Shown: piece by piece, positions 27,765-36,626 of the stretch
Numbering within the stretch: position 1 is the first letter of the stretch
How the letters are laid out: every line of letters begins with the position of its first letter
Source of the DNA: Pyrinomonadaceae bacterium
GTDB taxonomy: Bacteria > Acidobacteriota > Blastocatellia > Pyrinomonadales > Pyrinomonadaceae
DNA length: 64,000 nt
Direction of reading: 5' to 3'
Assembly: GCA_046313635.1 (NCBI GenBank)
Contig: JBKBYA010000002.1
Coordinates: forward strand, 128,001 to 192,000
Program-made: the position numbers and the translations under genes
The notes under the pieces: generated by a model
Told to the model about the DNA's origin: nothing
Databases searched by the model: none
The model's input: the letters and a program-made list of their open reading frames with translations, nothing else

Positions 27765-28718
27765 TCATTCGTTTGCGGGGGCAGGTACGCGGATCTTCAA
27801 CGCCGAGGGCACTACCTCGTAGATCGCGGGCAGACGGCCGGGAAGTTCGCCGTCGGTCTCGAGACGGATCTCGACGTTCGGGTCGGCGGAGGAGACCTCG
27901 ATACGCTTTGCGAGGCGCTCGTTCACCTCCGAGAGCGAGCCGTGCGTGCCGCGATATAAGGTGTGCGCGTTGAGCAAGACCTTGGCCGCCGCGATGTCGC
28001 CGATGTTGACGACGTTGAGCAGGCCGTCGCCGAGTTTGGCTTCTGGCGCGATCATCATCCCGCCGCCGAAGTATCGCGCGTTTGCGATGCAGAAGTTCAC
28101 CGTCCGCAGGTTCTGCGCCGCCTCGCCGTCGATCGAGACCCGCACCGTGACGGGGTCGAGATCGAGCACTTCCTGCAGAGTCGAGAGCGCAAAGCTCGCG
28201 CGGCCGCGGACGCGGTCGACAGGCAGCCATTTGAGCGACGTCGTCGTCTTGACGCGGTCGAGTATCGACGCCGCGAGACCAAACGACGAGACGTTGACAA
28301 AGAAGCGCGACGCCTGCTCGCCGTCGTGGCCGCAAAACGTCACGCGGCCGACGTCGATCGTCCGCGTGCGTCCCTCGCGCAGCGCGCGTGCGCATTCGCG
28401 AATGCCGTTCGGCATCCCGATCGTGCGGCGAAAGTCTCCGCCCGTACCCGACGGCAGCACGCCGAACTCGACATCTTCGCCCGTCTGCAGGATCCCGTTC
28501 GCGACCTCGTTGATCGTCCCGTCGCCGCCGCACGCGAGGACCAATCGCCGGCCCGACGCTACCGCGCGCTTCGCCAGCTCGATACCGTCGCCGGGGCCTT
28601 TTGTAAAGGCGACATTGAACGGCCCGAAGTGCGTGCGCAGGTCGCTCGCTATCGCCGACCACTTTTCGCGCGTGGCTCCGGCGGCGGATCTTGGGTTAAC
28701 GATCACAAGGGGAAGCAT
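27765..28718 (-). CDS. Diacylglycerol kinase family lipid kinase (YegS/DagK-like)
   Basis: IVNPRSA, GGDGTINEVANG, PSGTGGDF, YFGGGM, DGE. Start ATG 28718. Confidence 0.92.
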   Translation of the reverse strand: MLPLVIVNPRSAAGATREKWSAIASDLRTHFGPFNVAFTKGPGDGIELAKRAVASGRRLVLACGGDGTINEVANGILQTGEDVEFGVLPSGTGGDFRRTIGMPNGIRECARALREGRTRTIDVGRVTFCGHDGEQASRFFVNVSSFGLAASILDRVKTTTSLKWLPVDRVRGRASFALSTLQEVLDLDPVTVRVSIDGEAAQNLRTVNFCIANARYFGGGMMIAPEAKLGDGLLNVVNIGDIAAAKVLLNAHTLYRGTHGSLSEVNERLAKRIEVSSADPNVEIRLETDGELPGRLPAIYEVVPSALKIRVPAPANE

Positions 28719-28766
28719 CCGAGACAAAAGTCTAACGACGAATGCGCGGAAGGCCAAGTTGGGGGA

Positions 28767-28993
28767 GTCCTTTGTCCCTGGTGCTTGGCCCTTTGTTTTT
28801 GGTTTTTTGTTTTTGGTTTTTGGCTTTTTGTCGCGACGTCAACCCGGCACGGCCTACAAGCGGCGAAGTTGAGCGGCAAGACAACAAAGGACCAAATACA
28901 AAAGAGCAAAAACAAAAAACAAAAAACCAAAGACTAAGGACAAATGACCAAGGACCAAGGACAAATGACTAAGGACCAAGGACAATTGACTAA
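28767..28993. repeat. Long inverted pair of heptamer tandem arrays (STRR-like)
   Basis: T-rich arm 28767-28832 (tttgtcc, ttggttt units) faces A-rich arm 28880-28993 (gaccaag, gacaaat, gactaag units); 7-bp period. Confidence 0.85.
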
Positions 28994-28998
28994 CCCAC

Positions 28999-30468
28999 CT
29001 ATTTCCTCGCCGACGCGATGAAGGCCTCAACGTCCTCGAGCTTGCGCGGGAGTGCCTTGGTCATCCATTCGACGCCGTTCGGCGTGACGAGCATGTCATC
29101 CTCGATGCGGACGCCGATGGTCTTGTACTTTTCAAATGCCGGGCGGACCTTTGCGACGAATTCTTTCCACTCGGGAGTGTCGGGCAGATAGCTGAGCGCG
29201 TCCTCACGGATATAGATTCCGGGCTCGTTGGTAAAGACCATTCCGGGCTCGAAGGGCCGGCCGTAGCGGCCGACGTCGTGGACGTTCATCCCGAGCCAGT
29301 GACCGAGGCCGTGCATGTACCAGATCTTGAATTGATTGGAGTCTTTGTTAGTGATCAGGCCGAGCCTGAAGAGCCCGTCCTTGATCACCGCGTCGGCGGC
29401 CGCGCTGATCTGCTGCATCGTCGCTCCGGGTTTGGTCGCGCGGGCGGCGGCCTCCTGGGCGTCGTACACGATGCGGTAAATATCGGCCTGTTCCTTGGTG
29501 AATTTGCCGTTGACCGGGAAGGTGCGCGTCACGTCCGCCGTGTAATGGTCGTACTCGGCGCCGACGTCCATCAGCAGGAGCGAGCCGTCCTTTACCGGGC
29601 CTTGCGGTTCCTGATAGTGCAGCGTCGTCGCATTCGGGCCGCAGCCGACGATCGACGGGTAGCCCCAGAAATCCGCGTTGCGCCGGCGGAATGTGTACTC
29701 CACCTCGGCCTGCACCTCGTACTCCATCTTTGCCTGATTCGCCAAGGCCATCGAGCGCATATGCGCCTCGATCGAGATGTCGATCGCGTGCTGCAGCACC
29801 TTGAGCTCGTACGGCGATTTGATGTGACGCAGATCGGCGAATATCGGCTGGGCGTTGACGATCTTGTAGCCCGCGAGCGACCGTGCGAAGTCGCTCTCCT
29901 GACGAAATTCGCGCTTGCCGTCCTCGTCGCCGTCGGTAGCGGGGAGCAAAAGGTAAAGGGTCTGTACCGACGCGTCCGACCGGGCTTTCAAGCCGTCGAG
30001 CATGGGGGCGAGGTCGGCGGTATTTGCGATCGTCTTGATGCCGGAGATGGTCGCGGCCTCTTCGTTAGAGATCATCCGGCCGTTCCACGTTTCGTACTGC
30101 GGATTGCGCTTGCGAATGTAGAGCGTGTAGCTCACGTCGCCGCCCGTGCCCTTGCGGATGACGAGCGTCGCGCCCTGCTGCGGAAAGCCGGAGAGGTAAT
30201 AGAGATTGTTCTCCTGTCTAAAGACATAATCGACATCGTTCGTGTACAGCTTTGGCTCGGCGCTGAAGAGGATCATCACGCTGCCGGCCGACATCTTTTC
30301 GGCGACGGCAGCGCGGCGCCGGGCGAGCTCGGCCTGGCGTTCGGCGTCGGTAAATACCGGTGCGGGCGGCGTCACGCGTACTCCCCTCGGCACGTCGCCG
30401 GCGCGTGCCGGTACGGCCACGGTCGAGAGCAGCAGCAAGAGCGATAGAACGATGAAGTGACGTTTCAT
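28999..30468 (-). CDS. pepP: Secreted Xaa-Pro aminopeptidase (M24B, PepP-like)
   Basis: Signal peptide; FRQENNLYYLSG, TLHY, DVGAEY..YTADVTRTFP, HGLGHWLGMNVHDVG, TNEPGIY, GVRIEDD. Confidence 0.9.
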   Translation of the reverse strand: MKRHFIVLSLLLLLSTVAVPARAGDVPRGVRVTPPAPVFTDAERQAELARRRAAVAEKMSAGSVMILFSAEPKLYTNDVDYVFRQENNLYYLSGFPQQGATLVIRKGTGGDVSYTLYIRKRNPQYETWNGRMISNEEAATISGIKTIANTADLAPMLDGLKARSDASVQTLYLLLPATDGDEDGKREFRQESDFARSLAGYKIVNAQPIFADLRHIKSPYELKVLQHAIDISIEAHMRSMALANQAKMEYEVQAEVEYTFRRRNADFWGYPSIVGCGPNATTLHYQEPQGPVKDGSLLLMDVGAEYDHYTADVTRTFPVNGKFTKEQADIYRIVYDAQEAAARATKPGATMQQISAAADAVIKDGLFRLGLITNKDSNQFKIWYMHGLGHWLGMNVHDVGRYGRPFEPGMVFTNEPGIYIREDALSYLPDTPEWKEFVAKVRPAFEKYKTIGVRIEDDMLVTPNGVEWMTKALPRKLEDVEAFIASARK

Positions 30469-32501
30469 TTTGTAACCTCGAATTCCAATTCTTTAACGGC
30501 GGTATTGCCCGATCGATCGGCGGCAAAGACCCTCAGCTTATAGGTCCCGGCGGCGAGTCCGGCCGGGTCGATAAACCCTTGCGAGAACGTATCGCCGCTG
30601 ACGAGATTTGTGACGACGTAATCGAAGATCGTCTCCGGCGTGTATCCCGAACGGCTGCCCGGTGCGTAAACAAAACCGACGGCCTCATTCGGCGGCATCC
30701 GGTCAAAGACGATCGTCCAGTTGACGGCAGTCGTCGGCTGCCCGCCGGCTGCGACGATCTGCCAGCCGAGCTTGTAGACGCCGAGACGGCGCCTTGCCGC
30801 GTTGCCGTCGACGCGGTCGTACGCTCTGGCGACGACCCGCGTTTTGCCTGCGAGTCTTATACGCTGACCTTTGTTTGAAGTTTCGACCGGCTGCCAGTCG
30901 GGCGCAGTAAGCCTGACGCTCTCGATGACGGGCGCGATCGAGTCGGTCAGGCCGGGCAGGCTGAGCGCGTCGATCGCGTTCATCTCGGCGCCGACGCGGC
31001 CGGCGACGAGGTGAACGTGATTAAAGGCGTTCAGCGTGCCGATCCTCTCGCCCGAGTTGAAAACGGAGCCGCGCGGCACGCGCAGGTTTGTGATCTTGCC
31101 GGCGGCGTCGCGTTCAAACTGGAACCGGTCGTCGGCAAACGGCCGGTCGTTCCGATCGCGTCCGATGCGAATGTGAATGTAGCCGAGCGTCGGCAGCCGG
31201 ATCAGCTCGCGCAAGGCCCCGAGATTCTCGACCGCTGCCGGCTCGAGGACCGTTTCGCCGCGGATGAATAGAGCGGTCTCGCCATAGCCGCCCGCGATGT
31301 CGAGGCCGTTGTGAAACCAGACCGGCTTTGACTGCGGCAGCGTGACCTCGCCGCGGACCTCGCCGAGCGTGCCGGCGATCTCGCGTTTCGCGCTCGGCGG
31401 ATCGAACGGCCAACGCGGCGGCTGCAGCGAGCGAAACTCCTCGGCCGAGTATCGCATCGCCGCCCTGTGCTCGGCCGAGATCTCGGCGCCGAGCGGATTG
31501 TCGCCGACCATTCTGATCGCCTGGTTGTCGGCATCGGCGACGATCACATCGCCGTGCTCGGTCACAGCGATGCCCGACGGCCGGTTAAATCTCGCACGCA
31601 TCGCGCGACCGTCGATAAAGCCGCGCGGCCCGCCGGCGACCGTCTCCACAAGCGGGAATGAACGTCGGCCGATCGCACGGATCGCGTTGCCGTCAGCGAC
31701 AAAGACCGCTCCGTTCGCGGCGACGGATACAGCCGTCGGCATCTCGAAGGACGACGATGCAAGAGTTCCGTCGCGTCTCTCGCCCACGCCGTCGCCCGCC
31801 AGCGTCGCCGTGCGGCCGTCTTGATCGACGACGCGGATGCGCCCATTCATCGAATCGGCGACGAGCACGCCGCCGCCCGCCAGCGCCGCAAGCCCGAGCG
31901 GCGTATCGAATCTCGCCGCCGAGCCTTCGCCGTCGGCAAAGCCGCGAACGCCGCCGGCGAGCGTTCGGACGACGCCGCCGTCGATCACGCGGATGCGGTC
32001 GTTGTATGTGTCGGCGACGAAGACGCGGCCTTCTGCATCCGCGGCAACGCCGATCGGGCCGTTGAAGCGAGCTTCGCTCGCGGGCCCGTCGTACGCGCCG
32101 CGTACGCCCGGCACGCCCGCGACGACCGTCATGCTGCCGTCGGCCGATATCTTCCTGATGCAATGCGCGCCGGTCTCGGCGACGACGAGGTCGCCATTCT
32201 GATAGAGAGCGATCGCCGACGGCGTGCGGAGATCTTCGGCAAGTGTCTGCATCGCGCCGTCGCGGTCGATCTTGACGACTCGGCCCCGCTCGCCGTCCGA
32301 GACAAAGATCTCGCCGTCTCGATACGCTATGCCGAAGGGCTCGCCAAACTCGCGCTTGAAGCCAGCGAGCGTCGTCGTCGAGCCGAGCATATTCGGCGTT
32401 TCGGCTTCGGGCGTAAAGAGACGGCCGCACCCCGACATCGACAGGGCGATCGCGGCGAGCAGGTGAACGGTAAGAATGCGTCTGCGCAAATTAGAAGGCA
32501 T
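30465..32501 (-). CDS. Lipoprotein with NHL beta-propeller repeats and an M23-like (HxxxD/HxH) domain
   Basis: Lipobox MSGC; repeats FNGPIGVA, FDTPLGLA, FNRPSGIA..VAD..N..IR; downstream FHNGLDI and NHVHL. Start ATG 32501. Confidence 0.8.
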   Translation of the reverse strand: MPSNLRRRILTVHLLAAIALSMSGCGRLFTPEAETPNMLGSTTTLAGFKREFGEPFGIAYRDGEIFVSDGERGRVVKIDRDGAMQTLAEDLRTPSAIALYQNGDLVVAETGAHCIRKISADGSMTVVAGVPGVRGAYDGPASEARFNGPIGVAADAEGRVFVADTYNDRIRVIDGGVVRTLAGGVRGFADGEGSAARFDTPLGLAALAGGGVLVADSMNGRIRVVDQDGRTATLAGDGVGERRDGTLASSSFEMPTAVSVAANGAVFVADGNAIRAIGRRSFPLVETVAGGPRGFIDGRAMRARFNRPSGIAVTEHGDVIVADADNQAIRMVGDNPLGAEISAEHRAAMRYSAEEFRSLQPPRWPFDPPSAKREIAGTLGEVRGEVTLPQSKPVWFHNGLDIAGGYGETALFIRGETVLEPAAVENLGALRELIRLPTLGYIHIRIGRDRNDRPFADDRFQFERDAAGKITNLRVPRGSVFNSGERIGTLNAFNHVHLVAGRVGAEMNAIDALSLPGLTDSIAPVIESVRLTAPDWQPVETSNKGQRIRLAGKTRVVARAYDRVDGNAARRRLGVYKLGWQIVAAGGQPTTAVNWTIVFDRMPPNEAVGFVYAPGSRSGYTPETIFDYVVTNLVSGDTFSQGFIDPAGLAAGTYKLRVFAADRSGNTAVKELEFEVTK

Positions 32502-32618
32502 CAGGCGGCACGGATCGGCGCGTGCGACCCAGCTAGGATAATCGGGCGACCGCACTTCAAACAATCGAGTCGGGCCCGAGACGGCTCTACCGCCGATGGG
32601 CGCGGCCATCGTCCGCGT

Positions 32619-32647
32619 TTGACCTTTGGCCTGGCCGTACCTAAACT
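32619..32647 (+). promoter_or_regulatory. Sigma70-type promoter of the metH leader
   Basis: TTGACC (32619-32624), 17-bp spacer, TAAACT (32642-32647). Confidence 0.75.
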
Positions 32648-32657
32648 TTTAACTTCG

Positions 32658-32708
32658 ACGTGGTGAGTTATTGCGACTTGCGGCCACGTAAAATAAGCGG
32701 CTAAACAG
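32658..32708 (+). ncRNA. SAM-II-like riboswitch aptamer
   Basis: P1 ACGTGGT/GCCACGT, TGAGTT loop, CTTGC, A-rich linker then AAG-CG-GCTAAA; follows the SAM-II (SAM_alpha) pattern as I recall it; lies directly upstream of metH. Confidence 0.8.
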
Positions 32709-32734
32709 CTACGAGTTTTAATTCAGATCGCGCG

Positions 32735-32778
32735 TCAAAAAAACTCTGTGCTGTTTTTGCACAGGGTTTTTTGATTTT
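32735..32778 (+). terminator. Attenuator terminator in the metH leader
   Basis: caaaaaaactctgtgc-loop-gcacagggttttttga followed by tttt. Confidence 0.8.
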
Positions 32779-32782
32779 GGGA

Positions 32783-32866
32783 TATTGATCGTTGTTCGTT
32801 GATCGTGGTTCGTTGCCATTTGAACCGAGTCATCCGACGAGCAACGAACCACGAACAACGAGCGAA
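32783..32866. repeat. Inverted heptamer arrays (TCGTTGN / CAACGAA) in the metH leader
   Basis: gatcgttgttcgttgatcgtggttcgttg faces cgacgagcaacgaaccacgaacaacgagc. Confidence 0.75.
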
Positions 32867-32874
32867 ATACACCG

Positions 32875-35800
32875 ATGCCAAATTTTTTAGACCTGCTGAG
32901 AGACAAGATCGTCGTCTTCGACGGTGCGATGGGCAGCAATCTGCAGGCTTTGAACCTGACGATCGACGATTGGGGCGGGCCGGCTTTTGAGAACTGCTCG
33001 GAGAATCTGCTCTACACGCGGCCGGACGCGATCCGCGCCGTGCATCAGAGCTTTCTCGAGGTCGGCTGCGACGTGATCGAGACAAACAGTTTCGGCGGGA
33101 GCGAGGTCGTGCTCGCCGAATTCGGCATCGCCGACAAGGCGTACGACGTCAACCGCAGGGCAGCGGCGCTCGCAAAGGAGCTGGCGAGCGATTATTCGAC
33201 GCCGGACAAGCCGCGCTTCGTGGCCGGCTCGATCGGGCCGGGAACGAAGCTGCCGACGCTCGGCCACATCACGTACCGCGACTTGAAGGCCGCGTATCGC
33301 GAGCAGGTCCGCGGGCTGTACGACGGCGGCTCGGACCTCTTTATCGTCGAGACGTGCCAGGACCTTTTGCAGACAAAGGCCGCGCTCGCGGCGATCTTTG
33401 AGTTTTTTGAAAAGCAGAAGGTCCGCATTCCCGTGATCGCGCAGGTGACGATCGAGGTCTTTGGGACGATGCTCAACGGTACAGAGATCGGCGCCGCGCT
33501 CACCGCCCTCGAGCCGTTCCCGATAGACGTCATCGGCATGAACTGCGGCACAGGGCCGCGTCATATGACCGACAGCTTCCGCTACCTCTGCGAAAATTCG
33601 CCGCTGCCCGTTTCGGTTCTGCCAAACGCGGGCCTGCCGGAGATCAAAGACGGCCGGCAGCACTACGACGAGACGCCCGAGAGCTTTGCGGCGCAGGTCG
33701 AACATTTTGCAAAGGAATTTGGCGCGAATATCGTCGGCGGCTGCTGCGGCACTTCGCCCGAGCACATTCGCCTCGTCGTCGAACGTGTCGGCGGAATGTC
33801 GCCGAAGCAGCGAAACGCAAAGCTGGCTCCGTCTGCATCGTCGATCTACTTTCAGCAGCCGTACACGCAGGACGCTTCGTTCCTGATCGTCGGCGAGCGC
33901 GTCAACGCTTCGGGTTCGAAGAAGATGCGCGACCTGCTCGAGGCCGAGGATTGGGACGGACTCGTATCGCTCGCCAAGTCGCAGGAGCGCGAGGGCGCGC
34001 ACATCCTCGATGTCAACGTCGATTTTGTCGGCCGCGACGGCGTCGCCGATATGCACGAGCTGGCCTCGCGGCTTGTGACAAACGTCAAGATTCCTCTGAT
34101 GTTTGACTCGACCGAGTGGGAAAAGATGGAAGCCGGCCTCGAACACGCGGGCGGCAAATCCATTCTCAACTCGACAAACTACGAGGACGGCGAGCCGCGA
34201 TTCCTCAAGGTGCTCTCGCTCGCCAAAGAGTACGGCGCGGCGGTCGTCATCGGACTCATCGACGAAGAGGGAATGGCCCGCACGGCCGAGAAAAAGGTCG
34301 AGATCGCGCGTCGCGCGTTCAGGCAGGCGACCGAATTCGGCATCCCGGCGCACGACATCTTCTTTGATCCGCTTGCGCTGCCGATCTCGACCGGCATCGA
34401 AGAGGACCGCCGGAACGCCGTCGAAACGATCGACGCCATTCGACAGATCCGCGCCGAGATGCCGGAGTCGAACATCATCCTCGGCGTGTCGAATATCTCC
34501 TTCGGTCTCTCGCCGGCGGCCCGCGTCGTACTGAATTCAGTTTTCCTGCACGACTGCGTCGAGGCGGGAATGAACTCGGCGATCGTCAACGCTTCGAAGA
34601 TACTGCCGCTCGTCCGCTTTAACGAGCACGAGATCGACACGGCCCGCGATCTCATCTACGACCGGCGAAAGTGGAACACGGACGCCCTCGTCCGCAGTGA
34701 GGGCGAAGCCCGAACACCGGTGCCGGAGAATGCGCCGGACAATTCTCCGCCGAGCATTCTCGGCGAAGCGACACTCAAGGCGGACGGGGGCGTCCGCGTT
34801 CCGGCGATCTGCACATACGATCCGCTTGCAGAGTTTACAAAGCTCTTCGAAGGCAAGACCGCTCAGTCGATGAAGCAGGACATCTCAAACCTGCCCGTCG
34901 AAGAAAAGCTCAAACGCCACATCATCGACGGCGAAAAGATCGGCCTCGACGACGCGCTCAAGCTCGCGCTCGAAAAGTACGCTCCGCTCGACATCATCAA
35001 CAACATCCTGCTCGACGGTATGAAGGTCGTCGGCGACCTCTTTGGCTCGGGCCAGATGCAGCTGCCATTCGTGCTGCAGTCGGCCGAGGCGATGAAGTCG
35101 GCGGTGAAATTCCTCGAGCCTTTTATGGAAAAGGTCGAGGGCGTCAACAAGGGCACGATGGTGCTCGCGACCGTCAAGGGTGACGTGCACGACATCGGTA
35201 AGAATCTCGTCGACATCATTCTTACGAACAACGGCTACAAGGTCGTCAACCTCGGCATCAAGCAGCCGATCGACGACATCCTCCGCGCTTGGGAGGAGAC
35301 CAAGGCCGACGCGATCGGAATGAGCGGCCTGCTCGTCAAATCAACGCTCATCATGCGTGACAATCTCGAGCTGATGAACGAGCGCGGCATCAACGTGCCT
35401 GTCATCCTCGGCGGCGCGGCGCTCAACCGCAAGTACGTCGACAGCGACCTGATACCGCTCTACAACGGCAAGCTCTACTACGCCCGCGACGCCTTTGACG
35501 GTCTGCACGCGATGGACGAGTTGACGAGTCGGGAGTCTGTCGAGTCGAGAGAGTCTATCGAGTCAAAGGCAAGGTCGGCCGCGGCGGGAAATGGAGATCC
35601 GCGATCCGAAATCCGCAATCCGCAATCGGATGAAGATCTGGTCGGTGAAGATGCGAAGCTCGGCACGATCGCCGCGCGCGTTTCGGCGCGCTCGAAAGCC
35701 GACACGACGCACACGACGCGGTCCGACGTGTCGACCGACGTCGCGATCCCGAAGGCGCCTTTCTACGGGTCGAAGGTCGTCGAGATCACAGACCTGACAA

Positions 35801-36576
35801 AGGTCTTCGCATTCGTCAACGAAACGGCGCTTTTCAAGGGCCAGTGGCAGTACAAGCAGGGCAAGCGGACTGCCGAGGAGTACAAAAAGATCGTCGACGA
35901 AGAAGTGCGTCCGCGATACGAGCGGCTCAAGGCCGAGGCGATCCGCGACCGGCTGCTCGAGGCCAAGCTCGTGTACGGTTATTTCCCGTGCAATTCGGAC
36001 GGCAATGACCTGATCATCTGGGAGGACGATCTCAAGACCGAGAGACTGAGATTTACCTTCCCTCGGCAGCCGCGAGAGCAGCGCGGAAGCAAGAATCTAT
36101 GCCTGGCGGATTTCTTTAGATCGGTGAAGCGCCCGCCCGCTGACGCAGGCGGTTCTGACAATGTCGACGTCGTCGCATTCCAGCTCGTGACGATGGGCCG
36201 GCGGGCGAGCCAGCATTCGGCAAAGCTCTTCAAGTCGGACAACTACACCGACTACCTTTTGTTTCACGGCCTGTCGGTCGAGTCGGCCGAGGCATTGGCC
36301 GAGATGTGGCACAAGCGCATTCGCGAGGAGCTCGGCATCGCAGGCGGCGACGCACCCGAATTGACCAAGCTGTTTCACCAGGGCTATCAGGGTTCGCGAT
36401 TCAGCTTTGGCTACCCGGCATGCCCGCGTCTCGAGGACCAGACCAAGATCTTTGAGCTGCTGCGGCCCGAGCGGATCGACGTCGAGCTGACCGAGGAATT
36501 TCAGCTCGACCCCGAGCAGTCGACCTCGGCGATAATCGTGCACCATCCGGAGGCGAAGTACTTCAACATCGAGTAG
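32875..36576 (+). CDS. metH: Cobalamin-dependent methionine synthase
   Basis: FDGAMG, GMNC, GGCCG zinc ligands; IVGERVNASGS pterin domain; TVKGDVHDIGKNLV B12 motif; GYPACP and PEQSTSA activation domain. Confidence 0.98.
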   Translation: MPNFLDLLRDKIVVFDGAMGSNLQALNLTIDDWGGPAFENCSENLLYTRPDAIRAVHQSFLEVGCDVIETNSFGGSEVVLAEFGIADKAYDVNRRAAALAKELASDYSTPDKPRFVAGSIGPGTKLPTLGHITYRDLKAAYREQVRGLYDGGSDLFIVETCQDLLQTKAALAAIFEFFEKQKVRIPVIAQVTIEVFGTMLNGTEIGAALTALEPFPIDVIGMNCGTGPRHMTDSFRYLCENSPLPVSVLPNAGLPEIKDGRQHYDETPESFAAQVEHFAKEFGANIVGGCCGTSPEHIRLVVERVGGMSPKQRNAKLAPSASSIYFQQPYTQDASFLIVGERVNASGSKKMRDLLEAEDWDGLVSLAKSQEREGAHILDVNVDFVGRDGVADMHELASRLVTNVKIPLMFDSTEWEKMEAGLEHAGGKSILNSTNYEDGEPRFLKVLSLAKEYGAAVVIGLIDEEGMARTAEKKVEIARRAFRQATEFGIPAHDIFFDPLALPISTGIEEDRRNAVETIDAIRQIRAEMPESNIILGVSNISFGLSPAARVVLNSVFLHDCVEAGMNSAIVNASKILPLVRFNEHEIDTARDLIYDRRKWNTDALVRSEGEARTPVPENAPDNSPPSILGEATLKADGGVRVPAICTYDPLAEFTKLFEGKTAQSMKQDISNLPVEEKLKRHIIDGEKIGLDDALKLALEKYAPLDIINNILLDGMKVVGDLFGSGQMQLPFVLQSAEAMKSAVKFLEPFMEKVEGVNKGTMVLATVKGDVHDIGKNLVDIILTNNGYKVVNLGIKQPIDDILRAWEETKADAIGMSGLLVKSTLIMRDNLELMNERGINVPVILGGAALNRKYVDSDLIPLYNGKLYYARDAFDGLHAMDELTSRESVESRESIESKARSAAAGNGDPRSEIRNPQSDEDLVGEDAKLGTIAARVSARSKADTTHTTRSDVSTDVAIPKAPFYGSKVVEITDLTKVFAFVNETALFKGQWQYKQGKRTAEEYKKIVDEEVRPRYERLKAEAIRDRLLEAKLVYGYFPCNSDGNDLIIWEDDLKTERLRFTFPRQPREQRGSKNLCLADFFRSVKRPPADAGGSDNVDVVAFQLVTMGRRASQHSAKLFKSDNYTDYLLFHGLSVESAEALAEMWHKRIREELGIAGGDAPELTKLFHQGYQGSRFSFGYPACPRLEDQTKIFELLRPERIDVELTEEFQLDPEQSTSAIIVHHPEAKYFNIE
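34673..34802. repeat. REP doublet inserted inside metH with the frame intact
   Basis: 23-bp terminal inverted repeats ggaacacggacgccctcgtccgc and gcggacgggggcgtccgcgttcc (21/23), each itself a hairpin; three internal hairpins. Confidence 0.85.
35526..35630. repeat. 9-mer (GAGTCnnnn) and 7-mer (AATCCGC) arrays in a metH interdomain linker
   Basis: GAGTC at 35533, 35542, 35551 and 35560; gatccgc gatccga aatccgc aatccgc aatcgga at 35596-35630. Confidence 0.8.
36133..36159 (-). repeat. Single REP-type hairpin inside metH
   Basis: Minus strand gtCAGAA-CCGC-CT-GC-GTCA-GC-GG-GCGG; same layout as the transposase-flanking repeats. Confidence 0.7.
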
Positions 36577-36626
36577 CAAATTCGAACGGATCGCGCCGCC
36601 GGTGGTAACATTTGTTTTCCGGTGCT

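Noticed and set aside
28767..28993. CRISPR array
   Set aside because: Continuous 7-bp tandem units without unique spacers; no cas genes.
34673..34802. Intein or intron in metH
   Set aside because: Too short, no intein terminal residues (C/S start, HN end) and no group I/II intron hallmarks; terminal inverted hairpins fit a REP doublet.
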